Shown here: piece by piece, positions 50,808-61,710 of the stretch | Numbering within the stretch: position 1 is the first letter of the stretch | How the letters are laid out: each line of letters starts with the position of its first letter | The notes under the pieces: generated by a model | What the model saw: only the letters and a program-made list of their open reading frames with translations | The model's database searches: none | What the model was told of the DNA's origin: nothing | Assembly (NCBI GenBank): GCA_963737655.1 | Contig: CAVTTN010000002.1 | Span: forward strand, 2,048,001 to 2,112,000 | Direction of reading: 5' to 3' | Length of the DNA: 64,000 nucleotides | From: an uncultured Planctomycetota bacterium | GTDB lineage: Bacteria; Planctomycetota; Planctomycetia; Isosphaerales; Isosphaeraceae | Translations under genes and position numbers: made by a program

Positions 50808-53800
50808 ATGTGCCCGGCCTGCGGACGACCCGTGCCCGTCGATGCACCTCAAGGGCTCTGCCCGGCCTGCCTCCTCGGCGCCGGACTGCCTGGGGACTCG
50901 ACGCGCGACCACGTCCCGGCCGAGGCCTGGCCCTCGACGGCCGCCGCCGTCGGGACCACCGACGCCTCCTGGGCCACGAGGACGACCGCGACCCGGCCCG
51001 AGGGCGGTGAGATCGCCGCCATCCCCGGCTATCAGATGCTCGACCTGCTGGGCCAGGGGGGCATGGGCGTCGTCTACCGGGCCGTCCAGATCGGCCTGAA
51101 TCGCCAGGTCGCCCTCAAGACGATCCGGGGGGATGCCCGGTTCCAGAAGGACCAGTTCGAGAGGTTCCGCATCGAGGCCGAGGCCGTCGCCCGGCTCCGC
51201 CACCCCAACGTGGTGCAGATTTTCGAGATCGGCGAGGCGGGCGGCCTCCCCTATTTCTCGCTGGAGCTGCTGACCGGAGGCACGCTCGCCGCCCGCCTCC
51301 GGCAGGCCCCGATGACCCCGACCGAGGCGGCCCGAGTCCTCGCCTCCCTGGCCCGGGGGGTCCAGGCGGCGCACCAGGCGGGGATCGTCCACCGCGATTT
51401 GAAGCCGTCCAACGTCCTCTTCGACGCCGACGGCACGCCGAAGGTCGCCGACTTCGGCCTGGCCAAGCGGCTGGAGGCCGACGACGGCCAGACCCACACC
51501 GGCCAGGTCATGGGGACGCCCAGCTACATGGCCCCGGAGCAGGCCCGGGGCGAAAACCGCGGGGTCGGGCCGGCCGCCGACATCTATGCCCTGGGCGCGA
51601 TCCTCTACGAGGCGATCACCGGCCGACCGCCGTTCCGGGGGGCCTCGGCCTCGGAGACCGTCCTCCTCGTGATCACGGCCGATCCGGTCTCTCCGACCAG
51701 GCTCCAGCCCCGATTGCCCCGCGACCTGGAGACGATCTGCCTGAAATGCCTGGCGAAAGACCCGGCCCGGCGCTATGGATCGGCCGAGGCCCTGGCCGAC
51801 GACCTCGCCCGCTTCCTCGACGGCCGATCGATCCTGGCCCGGCCGGCGCCCTCGTGGGAAAAGGCCGCGAAGTGGGCCAAACGCCGGCCGATCGCCTCCG
51901 GGCTGGCGATCGCCTCGGTGGCGGCCGTCGCCGTGGTGATCGGCGCGGTGGAGCAGTCCCGATCGGCCCGGGAGGCCCTGGGGCAGTTGAAGAACGATCA
52001 GGTCGTCCGCGAATTGAACAACGCCCTGACGGCGCTCGACACCAGCCGGAAGCAGCCGCCCGCCTCGGCCCGCGACACGCTCGGGGCGCTCCTCCGCCGG
52101 CTCGACCGGGCCGAGCCCCGGTTCGCCGAGGTCCGCGGGAGGGCCGAGGAGGAACTCCGGGACGTCGATCGGACGATCGCTCGCGACGAGGCCCGGGCCC
52201 GGGTCGCCCGGGACTTCGAGCGGTTCCGAACGCTCCGGGACCGGGCGATCCTGCTCGACGGCGAGGCGTCGCTCCTGCCCGATTCGCTGTTCGAGGACGA
52301 CGGCCCGACCGTCCCCCGCGCCCTGGCCGACGACGAGGACCGCCGGTTCCCCGCGAGCCTCCTGCCCGGCGACCGCCGGCCTCCGACCCGCCGAGAGGCC
52401 CGGACCCGCGAGGCCCGGACCACGGCCGGCGAGGCCCTCGCGATCCTGGCCTCGGGGCCGTCGGCCGAGCTCTCCGACGACCAGGCCGAGGAGCTTCGCT
52501 CGGGCCGGCTGATGGTCGCCCTGGCGCTCTCGGAGGCCGTCGCCCGGCCGTTGCCCGGCGAGGATCCGAAGGCGCAGGCGAGAGCGGCGATCGCGGTGCT
52601 CGATCGGGTCGCGGAGCAGTCGCGGCGAGGCCCGGCCTATCACCTGAGGAGGGCGGCTTGCCTGAGGAGGGCCGGCGAGGCCGGCGAATCCGACCGGGAA
52701 ACGGCGCTGGCCGAGGCGTCCGCCCCGAATGACGCCGTCGATCACTTCCTGCTGGGTCAGGAACGGAGCCGGAGGGGCGACTGGGACGGCGCGAGATCGC
52801 AGTTCGAGGCCGCCCTGAAGCTGCGGAGCAACCTGTTCTGGGCCCGGTGCCTCCTGGCCGTGGCCTTCCTGAACGCCTCGCCGCCCAGGCCCGTCGAGGC
52901 CCGCGCCGAGCTGTCGATCGCCCTGGACGATCACCCCGATTTCGCCTGGCTGTACCTGATCCGAGGGGCCGCCGACGGCCAGCTCGGCTCGGTCCTGGCG
53001 GCGTCGGCGAGGGTGGCCCGCCCGGCCGATTCGAGTCGCCTGAAGGCCGAGGCCGCCGGCCGGTTCGCCGAGGCCGAGGACGATTTCCGGAGGGCCTCCG
53101 AGCTGGGCCTGGATCGCGACCTCGAATACGTCCTGAGGATGAACCGAGGCGCCCTCCGCTTCCAGAGAGGGCGGCTCGACGACGCCCTCGCCGATTTCCT
53201 CGCCGCGATCCCTTTGTCCGGAGGCCGGTACAACCCTCACGCGTCCCTGGCGATGACGTACCGGAAGCTGGGCAAGCCCGACGAGGCGGTCGAGGAACTC
53301 GGGCGGGCCCTCGCGCTGGAGCCCAGGCTCGCGGCCCTGTATCGAGGCCGGGCCCTGGCTCGCCTGGACCGCACGGACGTCTCGACCGAGGCGGCCGAGG
53401 AGGCGATCGCGGACCTGGAGACCTCGGCGAGCCTGGAAGGATCGGCCCGCAACGCCGCGACCGACCAGGCCTTCCGGGCCCGGCTCCTGCTGAAGCTCGA
53501 TCGGCCCGAACAGGCCCTGGCCGCGTCCGAGTCGGCGCTGAAGGCCGCGCCCGATCATCCCTATGCGAGGCTCGTCCGGCTCTATGCGTTGCTGGACCTC
53601 GAACGGTTCTCGGACGTCCTGGCGGCGTGCGACGCGATGGCGAAGGAGGAGGCGCCGAGCCCGGACCTCTTGCGGCTCCGCGCGGTGGCGAAGCTCGCCC
53701 GGAAGGACTTCGCGGGGGCCATCGAGGACGCCTCCCGGGCCCTGGCGCTCCAGCCCGGCTGGGCCCCGGCGCTCCGCAATCGCGGCTGGGCGTACCTCTT

Positions 53801-54280
53801 CTCGGGCGCCTCGGAGCTTTCGTGGAGGGATTTTAACGAGGCGATCGCCGCCGAGCCGCGATCGGCCGAGGGGTTCTCCGGTCGGGCGTCGGCGAACCTC
53901 CTTCTGGGCCGGATTCGCGAGGCGATCTCCGACTCCGAATTCGCTTTGAAGGCCGCCGAGCCGACGGCCCGGACCTTCTACGCCGCGGCGAGGATCTATG
54001 CCGGGGCCGCCGCCTCCACCGCCTCGGAGGCCGCGCCAAGGGCCGGCTCGACCTCCTCCGCGACTCCTCGGCGTTCGAGGCCCGCGCCGCGTCCCTCCTG
54101 AAGGACGCGCGGGACCGGACCCCGACCGAGAAGCGGCCGACGTTCTTCCGCGACCTGATCGCGCCCGACGCCGGCCTCTCCCGCTTGATCCGCCGCGATC
54201 CCGGCCTCCTCCGCGACCTCCGCGTCTCGCCCGCCGCCCCGGGCCTCGCGAATCCCTCGGCAAGGGAGGACCGACGATGA
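50808..54280 (+). CDS. Ser/Thr protein kinase with N-terminal CxxC..CxxC motif and C-terminal TPR repeats; frameshift at ~54035
   Basis: CPACG..GLCPAC, LGQGGMGVV, HRDLKPSN, DFG, GTPSYMAPEQ and TPR-like helices. The corrected frame ends in a TGA overlapping the next ATG (ATGA 54277-54280). Confidence 0.9.
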
Positions 54281-57200
54281 CCGCCTCGCCCCAGGCCCGG
54301 AAGGGCCCCGACCGCCGGCCCCGTCGCCGCCGTGTGGGGACGGCCGAGAGGCTCGAAGCCCGCACCCTGCTCTCGACGCTCCCCTCGCCGGACCTCGCGA
54401 GTGCCTCCCCCCTGAGCGTCCCGGCCGACGTGACCTCGGGCTTCGCCGCGCCCGCCGTCCCGGCGTTCTTCGCCATCCGCGACGCCACCGAGGTTCGCCT
54501 GGTCGCGACGGCCCACGCGATCCCGAGCGAGCCGATCCGCCTCTCCGTCCTCGACGCCACGGGCCAGCCTCTGGCCCAGAGCGACGGCCTGGGCCTGGCC
54601 GGCCCCGACCCTCGGATCGATCAGCACTTGCCGGCCGGCTCGGCGTACCTGGAAGTCCAGTCGCTGGGCCGTCCCGTCGCGTTCTCGCTGACGACCCTGG
54701 CCACGCCCGCCTCGCCTCCGTACCAGACGATCCCGATCGACCCGAGTCCGGGGGGCCTCGCCGACGGGACGGCCGAGACGTCCGGGGACACGAAGCCCCC
54801 GACGGCCGTGGCCGACTTCAACGGCGACGGCCTGCCCGACCTCGCGGCGATCGACGGCATCCACCTCGCCCTCGGGGACGGCACGTTCGGCCTGCCGACC
54901 ACCCCTCTGCCGATCCCGACCGATCAGCTCGCGGGCCTCGGGCCGATGATCGCGGCGAGGATCGACGGCCGAGAGGATTTGGTCTACACCACGTTCCGGC
55001 CGTCGCCAGGGACCGTGACGATCCACCTCCTGATCGGCCACGGGGACGGCACGTTCGAGGCGGGATCGTCGTTCGATGTCGCCGCCCCGGGCCCGGCCGA
55101 GACCCTGGTCGAGGGCGACTTCAACGGGGATGGCCGGCCCGACCTGGCCTTCACCTCGGTCGATGCCCAGCTCGCGACCGACGGGACCGATGGCTTCCTC
55201 GACGTCCTTCCCGGCCTGGCCGGCGGAGGGTTCGGGGCCTCGCGGTCGCTGGACCTCGGGCCGGTCGATCCGGTTTCGATCGCCGTCGGGAACTTCCTGG
55301 GCGACGGCCGGGACGAACTGGCCGTCGGCCTGGTCGATGAGACGGCCCAATCGAGCCGGGTGGCCGTCGTCTCGACGAGGCCCGACGGCTCGTTCTCCCG
55401 GGAGGCGAGCCTGGACCTGGGCCCGGTCCTTCTCGGTCACGACCTCAACGCCGACAATCGGCCGGCGAACCCCGGCGCCGGGTCCGTGATTGCGGCGGAT
55501 TTCAACGGCGATGGCAAGCCGGATCTGGCCGTGGCGGGCCTGACGGTCCCGGCCGGCGACCCCCTGGCGGGCTCGGGCGAGGTGGACGTCTTCCTCAACC
55601 AGGGAGGCGGTCAATTCGCCGCGCCGGGCCGGGTGAATCTCGGGGATTTCGTGCCCGACTCGCTCGCCGCGGGCGATTTCACGGGCACGGGCCGGATCGA
55701 CGTGGCCGCCCTGGGCTTCGTGAGCGTGACCTCCGGCGGCGGCTACGCCCTTCGACTCCTGGCCGACACGTCCTCGTCGGCGGGCCCGGCCTTTTCCGTG
55801 GAGAGCCCGATCGCCTCCTCCTTCTCGGGAGATGGCCTCGTCTCGGCCGACGTGAACGGAGACGGCAAGGACGACCTGATCGTCTCCGACGGCGGCCAGA
55901 CATTCGGCACCGCGTTCTCGGGGACGGCCTCGACCCTGGGATCGGTGGATGTCGCCATCAGCCGGGGCGACGACACCTTCCGCGACGCCTCCACCGTCAG
56001 CGACTTCCCGAACTACGGCACCAACATCGGCGACGAGCTGGCCGGCGACTTCAACGGCGACGGCCGGATGGACCTGGCCATCGATGGCTACTCTCCCGGC
56101 TCGTCGCCGGCGAACCCCACCAGCGAGATCGACGTCTACCTCGGCAAGGGCGACGGGACGTTCAACGCCCCGTCGGTGATCAGCGTGGGGACCCTGGCGA
56201 TCACTTCGCTGATCTCGGCCGACGTGGACGGCGATGGCCATCTCGATCTCGTGGTGGCCGGGGCGTTCATCTCGGCCGACGGCACGAGTTCTTCCGCCGA
56301 GATCGAGACGTTCCGGGGGCGGGGCGACGGGACGTTCGGCGGCGCCGAGGTCCACGACCTGGGGCCGGGCCTGCCTTTCTCGCTGGCCTCCGGCGACTTC
56401 AACGGCGACGGCCGGGCCGACCTGGCGTTCGTCTTCGCCCATCCGGAGCTTGATCCCTCGTCCGGAGGGACGATCGACGTGCTGGAAGGGCTCGGCGGGG
56501 GGACGTTCGGCGCGCCGACCACTCTCGATCCCGATGCGGCCCTGCCGGCGGCCTCGGTCGCCTCGGCCTTTCGGACTGATGTCATCTCCCTCTCCGTCGC
56601 CGACGTCAACGGCGATCGCCGGGCGGACCTCGTCGCCGGCCTGGACCTGGAACCGGGGGTCGGCGCCGTGGAGGAAAACTTCGTCGAGACCTTCGACGGC
56701 CGGGCCGACGGCGGGTTCGCCGCTCCTCGCGTCTTCGACTTCGGGACGGCCCGGGAGATCGCCTCGATCGTCCCGGCCGACGTCAACGGCGATGGATCGG
56801 TCGATCTGGTGGCCCTGGTTGACGACCCCATCGCCGGGTTCGAGGTCTTCCTCGGCCGATCCGACGGCTCGTTCGATCCGCCGATCTTCACCGACCTGAC
56901 CGGCGATCAGCCCTCGTCGCTGGTCGTGGCGGACCTCGACGGCGACGGCCATCCCGACCTCCTGATCGACCTCGGCGAGGACTTCCAGGCCGGGACCGCC
57001 GAGTTCGGCGCGTTCCTGGGCCGGGGCGACGGCTCGTTCGGGGCGCCGACCGTCTCCGAGACGTCGATCCCGATCGGGACGACCGCCGTGGCCGACTTCA
57101 ACCGGGACGGCCGGGCCGACTTCGGCGCCGGATCGATCGACCTGGTCCCCTCGATCGCCTTCGGCCTGGGGGACGGCGAGTTCGTGAACGCCTCGGACCT

Positions 57201-60114
57201 CGCCGCGACCGTCCGCGAGGACCCGGTGGCCGCCGATTTCTCGGGGGACGGGGTCGATGACGTCCTGGTGATCGACGACGCCGGCAATATCCAGTGGCGG
57301 AAGGGCCGGCCGTCGTCCCCCGGCTCGTTCGACCCTCCCCAGATCATCAACCCGGGCGTCCCCTCGCGCGACCTGGCCGTGGTGAGCACCGCCGCCGGGC
57401 TGTTCCTGGTGAGCGTGGACCTGGACGACAACGCCCTGACCGTCTTCGCCGATCGCGGAGGCCGGTTCGTCCGCGTCCGCTCGATCCGAACCGGGCTGGT
57501 GCCGGCCCAGGTGATCGTCGGCGACGTGAACGACGACGGAAATGAAGATCTGATTGTAAGGAACGCCGGGGACGGCACCGCGACGGTGTTCCTCGGCTTC
57601 GGCGACGGCTCGTTCGGCCAGTTGGAGGCCGTTTCCATCGGCGTGACGGCCGCCGACATCGCGCTGGCCCGGCTCGATCCCGGCTCGCCCGCAAGCCTGA
57701 TCGTCGCCGATCGGGGGGGCGGTCAGGTGCGGATCTTCGCCGGGATGGCCGACGGCGAGTTCGGCGATCCCTCGCCCTATCCGGCCGGGGCCGGGCCGTA
57801 CGGTCTGGGCGTCAACGACGACGGAGACACCGTGGTGACCTCCGACGAGGGCACGGCGGGGGTCGCCTCGGGCACCTTCGCCGAGGGCGGGAACCTGGAC
57901 CTCGCGGCGATCGACCCGGGGACCAACTCGCTGGCCGTCTTGACCGGGCTGGGCGGCGGAAGGCTGGCGAACCCCCGGCCGATGCCGACGAGCTCGCCGG
58001 GAGTCGTCGTCCGCGCGGGCGATTTCGACGGCGACCACGTCGAGGACCTGGCCGTCCTCACCACCGAAGGGCTGCTGGTGTCTCTCTCCGATCGCCGGGG
58101 CGGCTTCCTGCCCCCGGAACTCTTGCCCGCCGGGCCGATGCCCAACGGCCTGACCCTGGCCGACGTCAACGGCGACGGCCACCTCGACCTGCTCGTCGGC
58201 GACGCCTTCGGCGACGTTTTGACCCTCCTGGGCAACGGCGCGGGGACGTTCGCGCCGTACCAGGCGGCCGACCAGCAGATCTCCGTGGCCGTCACGGGGA
58301 TGGCGGCGAATGGCTCCCCGCAGTTCGCCATCGCCGACAAGGGCGGGGACCTCGTGGCCGTCCAGGCCAGCCCGACGGCCTCGGCGCAGACCCTGGCCGA
58401 CTCGTCGCAGGGCCTGATGGCCCCGGGCGCCGTCACGGCCGCCGACCTCAACGGCGACGGCAAGCCCGACCTGATCGTGGCCGACAGCGGGGCCAATACG
58501 ATCGTCGTCTATCTCGGCCTGGGATCGGGCGAGTACATGGCGGGCCAGACCTTCCCGGCCGGGACCTCCCCGGTCAGCGTGACCGTGGCGGACCTCTCCG
58601 GCGACGGCATCCCCGACCTCGCCGTGGCCGACCAGGGCTCCAACGACGTGGCCACCCTCCTGGGCCAGGGGCAGGGGGCGAGCTGGACCCTGATGCCCGG
58701 GATTCGCGTCCACGTCGGCTACGGGCCGGCCGCGATCGCCGTGGCCGACGTCAACGGCGACGGTTTCCCCGACCTGCTCGTCTCCGACAGCGAGTCCAAC
58801 GACGTCCGGCTCCTGTTGGGCCGGGGCCACGGCTTCTTCGACGACCAGCACGAACAGGTTTTCGCCACCGGCACCTCGCCCGGCCCGGTCTTCGTCGGGC
58901 ACTTCTCGAACGGGAGCGCGCAGCTCGACCTGGTGACGGTCAACGCCGGCTCGAATGACCTCACGTTCATCCCCGACATCAATGGCGGCAACACCCAGGG
59001 CCAGGGCCTCCCCTCGGGCGGGCTCGACCCGATCGCGGCGGTGGAGGAGACGTTCGCCGGGGGCACGACCGGGTTGCTCGTCGCGAACAACGGCGATGGG
59101 CGGCTGTCGTTCTTCGTCGGAGGAGACGCCGGCCTGGAGTTCGTCTCGACGTTCGAGGACGCCTCATTGCCTCATCCCACGTCGCTGACGTCCGACTCCC
59201 TCGGCGACGTGTTCGGAGGGACCGAAGGGGTGGACGCGGCGATCCCGATCGCCCTGGGCCTCGATCTCGCCTCCGAGGGGACCACGACCGGAGAAACCAC
59301 CGGCGAATCCGGCGGCGAGACGGTGGGGACGACCGCCGGGCCGATCGAGATCGGCTCGGTGGAGGCGGCGGCGAATGCTCCCGAGCCCGAGACGGCCGAC
59401 GTCCAGTCGTCGCTCCTGCAACCCCTGGCCGGCTCGTCCCTGGCCCTGGTCGCCACGCTGTTCGTCGGGACGGTCGAGCCGTCGGAAGGAGAGTCGATCG
59501 CCCTGGAGACGGCCGCCGAAGGCGCCGCGATCGAGGCGACGAGCGGCCAGGCGGCGCTGCCCAACCAGGGCCGCCCCGGGAACGGCGGCCCGGACGGCCC
59601 CGACGATGGCGAGGGTCAGGGCGAAGACGACGGCTCGCCCGAGACCCCCGCCCAGGGGCCCGCCCCGCCCGACCCGTTCGTCTGGTTCCTGGCGGGGCTG
59701 GAAGAGGATCTCCGCCAGGCCGGGGCCGAGGCCCGCGCGGCCGATCGCTTGCCGAGGGCGGCGATCCAGGCGCTCTCGGCCCTGTTCTCGGCCTGGCCGT
59801 TCGCGGCCGATCGCGGAGCACCGACCGAGCCCGAGGCCGAGCGACCCCCGAGCCCGGACGCCGTCGAGGACTCGCGACCCGAGGATGCTCCGACGATCGA
59901 CGCCCCCGCCGGCCTCACCGATCGGCCCGAGGCCGAGGGCCGACCGGACCTCTCGATCGGCGCCGCGGCCGTCGGCCTCGTGCTCCTGACTCGTCCCCTG
60001 ATCGACCCACGAAGGCCGCGAATCCGGCGGACCGTCCGGCGACGATCGGCCGAGATGGCCGGCCGGCCGGGCGATCGCGGCGATTCGCGATCGACTCCCG
60101 GCGCAGGGCCTTGA
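54277..60114 (+). CDS. Giant FG-GAP/VCBS repeat surface protein (~1945 aa) with a planctomycete LExRxLL leader
   Basis: RRRR..ERLEARTLLS leader, many D(F/V/L)NGDG.PDL repeats and a Pro/acidic tail. GGAGG RBS. Confidence 0.9.
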   Translation: MTASPQARKGPDRRPRRRRVGTAERLEARTLLSTLPSPDLASASPLSVPADVTSGFAAPAVPAFFAIRDATEVRLVATAHAIPSEPIRLSVLDATGQPLAQSDGLGLAGPDPRIDQHLPAGSAYLEVQSLGRPVAFSLTTLATPASPPYQTIPIDPSPGGLADGTAETSGDTKPPTAVADFNGDGLPDLAAIDGIHLALGDGTFGLPTTPLPIPTDQLAGLGPMIAARIDGREDLVYTTFRPSPGTVTIHLLIGHGDGTFEAGSSFDVAAPGPAETLVEGDFNGDGRPDLAFTSVDAQLATDGTDGFLDVLPGLAGGGFGASRSLDLGPVDPVSIAVGNFLGDGRDELAVGLVDETAQSSRVAVVSTRPDGSFSREASLDLGPVLLGHDLNADNRPANPGAGSVIAADFNGDGKPDLAVAGLTVPAGDPLAGSGEVDVFLNQGGGQFAAPGRVNLGDFVPDSLAAGDFTGTGRIDVAALGFVSVTSGGGYALRLLADTSSSAGPAFSVESPIASSFSGDGLVSADVNGDGKDDLIVSDGGQTFGTAFSGTASTLGSVDVAISRGDDTFRDASTVSDFPNYGTNIGDELAGDFNGDGRMDLAIDGYSPGSSPANPTSEIDVYLGKGDGTFNAPSVISVGTLAITSLISADVDGDGHLDLVVAGAFISADGTSSSAEIETFRGRGDGTFGGAEVHDLGPGLPFSLASGDFNGDGRADLAFVFAHPELDPSSGGTIDVLEGLGGGTFGAPTTLDPDAALPAASVASAFRTDVISLSVADVNGDRRADLVAGLDLEPGVGAVEENFVETFDGRADGGFAAPRVFDFGTAREIASIVPADVNGDGSVDLVALVDDPIAGFEVFLGRSDGSFDPPIFTDLTGDQPSSLVVADLDGDGHPDLLIDLGEDFQAGTAEFGAFLGRGDGSFGAPTVSETSIPIGTTAVADFNRDGRADFGAGSIDLVPSIAFGLGDGEFVNASDLAATVREDPVAADFSGDGVDDVLVIDDAGNIQWRKGRPSSPGSFDPPQIINPGVPSRDLAVVSTAAGLFLVSVDLDDNALTVFADRGGRFVRVRSIRTGLVPAQVIVGDVNDDGNEDLIVRNAGDGTATVFLGFGDGSFGQLEAVSIGVTAADIALARLDPGSPASLIVADRGGGQVRIFAGMADGEFGDPSPYPAGAGPYGLGVNDDGDTVVTSDEGTAGVASGTFAEGGNLDLAAIDPGTNSLAVLTGLGGGRLANPRPMPTSSPGVVVRAGDFDGDHVEDLAVLTTEGLLVSLSDRRGGFLPPELLPAGPMPNGLTLADVNGDGHLDLLVGDAFGDVLTLLGNGAGTFAPYQAADQQISVAVTGMAANGSPQFAIADKGGDLVAVQASPTASAQTLADSSQGLMAPGAVTAADLNGDGKPDLIVADSGANTIVVYLGLGSGEYMAGQTFPAGTSPVSVTVADLSGDGIPDLAVADQGSNDVATLLGQGQGASWTLMPGIRVHVGYGPAAIAVADVNGDGFPDLLVSDSESNDVRLLLGRGHGFFDDQHEQVFATGTSPGPVFVGHFSNGSAQLDLVTVNAGSNDLTFIPDINGGNTQGQGLPSGGLDPIAAVEETFAGGTTGLLVANNGDGRLSFFVGGDAGLEFVSTFEDASLPHPTSLTSDSLGDVFGGTEGVDAAIPIALGLDLASEGTTTGETTGESGGETVGTTAGPIEIGSVEAAANAPEPETADVQSSLLQPLAGSSLALVATLFVGTVEPSEGESIALETAAEGAAIEATSGQAALPNQGRPGNGGPDGPDDGEGQGEDDGSPETPAQGPAPPDPFVWFLAGLEEDLRQAGAEARAADRLPRAAIQALSALFSAWPFAADRGAPTEPEAERPPSPDAVEDSRPEDAPTIDAPAGLTDRPEAEGRPDLSIGAAAVGLVLLTRPLIDPRRPRIRRTVRRRSAEMAGRPGDRGDSRSTPGAGP

Positions 60115-60291
60115 TCGGTTCCCGAACTCGGGCCTCGACGACCGTGGAGAACACCCGGTTGCGAGTCGGTCCTTGTCGGGTCCGCCCTCGACCTGGCGAA
60201 ACCTGGACCCGACTTCGGTCGCACCCGCTCGACTTCCTTCCTCGAACGTGCCTTTCTGCGAAGCAAGCATCACCCTCCCGGAAGCCGCAAC

Positions 60292-61560
60292 GTGGTACCG
60301 TCGAAGGGGCTCGCCGTCCCGTCCCTGGAGGGCCGTCCCTTGCCGATTCCTTCGCTCCGCCCCCGATGGCGAGGCCCGTGGGCCCTGGGCATTCTCTTCG
60401 GCGCGATCCAGGCGGCCCTGGTCCTTCGGATCTCCTGGGGCAAGCTCCGGGCCGGGATCGAGGACACCGACCTCTATTTCCGCTATGCGTCGTCGATGGG
60501 GAACGGGACGCTTCCCTACCGCGATTTCGCCGTCGAATACCCTCCGCTCGCCCTGCCCCTGTTCCTCGCGCCGGCGGCCCTGGCGAGGGATGTCGGCACG
60601 TTCAAGATCCTCTTCGCCGTCGAGATGCTGTTGATCAACGCGGTTTGCGTGGTCCTGGTCGCCCGACGGGTGGCCCATCGCGAAGGACCGGCCCGGGTGG
60701 CGCCACGGCTCGCCTGGTACTCGGCCGTCGTCCTGATCTTCTCTCGATTGATCGTGACCCGTTACGACGCCGCGCCGATGCTCGTCGGGTTCCTCGCGGC
60801 CCTCGCCTGGGACGCGAATCGAAGCGTCTCCGGCGGGAGCCTGGCGTCTCTCGGGGCGCTGATGAAGGTCTACCCGGCGACGATCGCGATCGTGGGGGCG
60901 GTCCGCGATTTTCGGAAGGCGCGAAACGTCCGCGGGATCGCCGCGTTCGCGGTCGCCTCGGCGATGGGCGCGGGCCTCTGGCTCGTCGTCGGCGGAATCC
61001 CCGGCGTCCTGGCCACGGCCCGCTATCACATGGGTCGAGGCTTCGAGTATGGAAGTCTTTATTCGGGATTCTTGATGCTGGCGGCGAAGGTCCTGGGTCA
61101 CGAGATCGTGATCTCCCGAGATCACGCCTCGTTCTCGACGATCACCCCCTGGACCGGGCCGGTCTTGAGGCTGGCCTTCCCGATCCAGGGGGCCTTCCTG
61201 TTCCTGGTCGCCGGGATCTTCGCCCGGAGAGGCTCGAACGAGATGATCCGGTACTCGGGGGCGGCCGTCCTGGCGTTCATCGCCTCGGGCAAGGTGTTCT
61301 CGCCGCAATACCTGATCTGGCCGATCCCATTCCTCGCGGTTCTGGAAGGCCCTGTCGCCCGCCGGTCTCGGCTCCTGTTCCTGGCGATCTGCGCGATGAG
61401 CCTCCTGGCGCCGTCGGCCTTCTCGGCCCTGTCGCGGACCCACCTCGTCCTCATCCTGGCGTTCACCGCGAGGAACCTCCTCGTCCTGGGCCTCCTGGCC
61501 CTGATGGTTTTCGGACCGCCGGGCGAGCGCGGCGGCCCCTCGTCGGCGGTCGGGGCGTGA
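60292..61560 (+). CDS. Membrane glycosyltransferase, GT87/DUF2029-like
   Basis: D..LY, LPYRDFAVEYPPLA, RYD, LMKVYP and KVFSPQYLIW motifs; multiple TM helices. Start uncertain. Confidence 0.8.
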   Translation: MVPSKGLAVPSLEGRPLPIPSLRPRWRGPWALGILFGAIQAALVLRISWGKLRAGIEDTDLYFRYASSMGNGTLPYRDFAVEYPPLALPLFLAPAALARDVGTFKILFAVEMLLINAVCVVLVARRVAHREGPARVAPRLAWYSAVVLIFSRLIVTRYDAAPMLVGFLAALAWDANRSVSGGSLASLGALMKVYPATIAIVGAVRDFRKARNVRGIAAFAVASAMGAGLWLVVGGIPGVLATARYHMGRGFEYGSLYSGFLMLAAKVLGHEIVISRDHASFSTITPWTGPVLRLAFPIQGAFLFLVAGIFARRGSNEMIRYSGAAVLAFIASGKVFSPQYLIWPIPFLAVLEGPVARRSRLLFLAICAMSLLAPSAFSALSRTHLVLILAFTARNLLVLGLLALMVFGPPGERGGPSSAVGA

Positions 61561-61710
61561 TTTTTCCGGGTTTTCGGGCCGTCCGGGGGACATTTTTCGT
61601 CTCTTTATCAATTCGGAGTTGAAGAGACGCCCCGGGACCGATTAGCATCGGGCTCGAATCGATTTCGGAAGAGGCCCGCGATCCCCGACGTCTTGCGGAA
61701 AGGAGCGGCC

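Noticed and set aside
53833..58902. 1689-aa minus-strand ORF and other long shadow ORFs (e.g. 19327-22677, 28545-32051, 50742-54560)
   Set aside because: They are antisense or alternate frames of well-supported genes, expected at this GC content, and carry no motifs.
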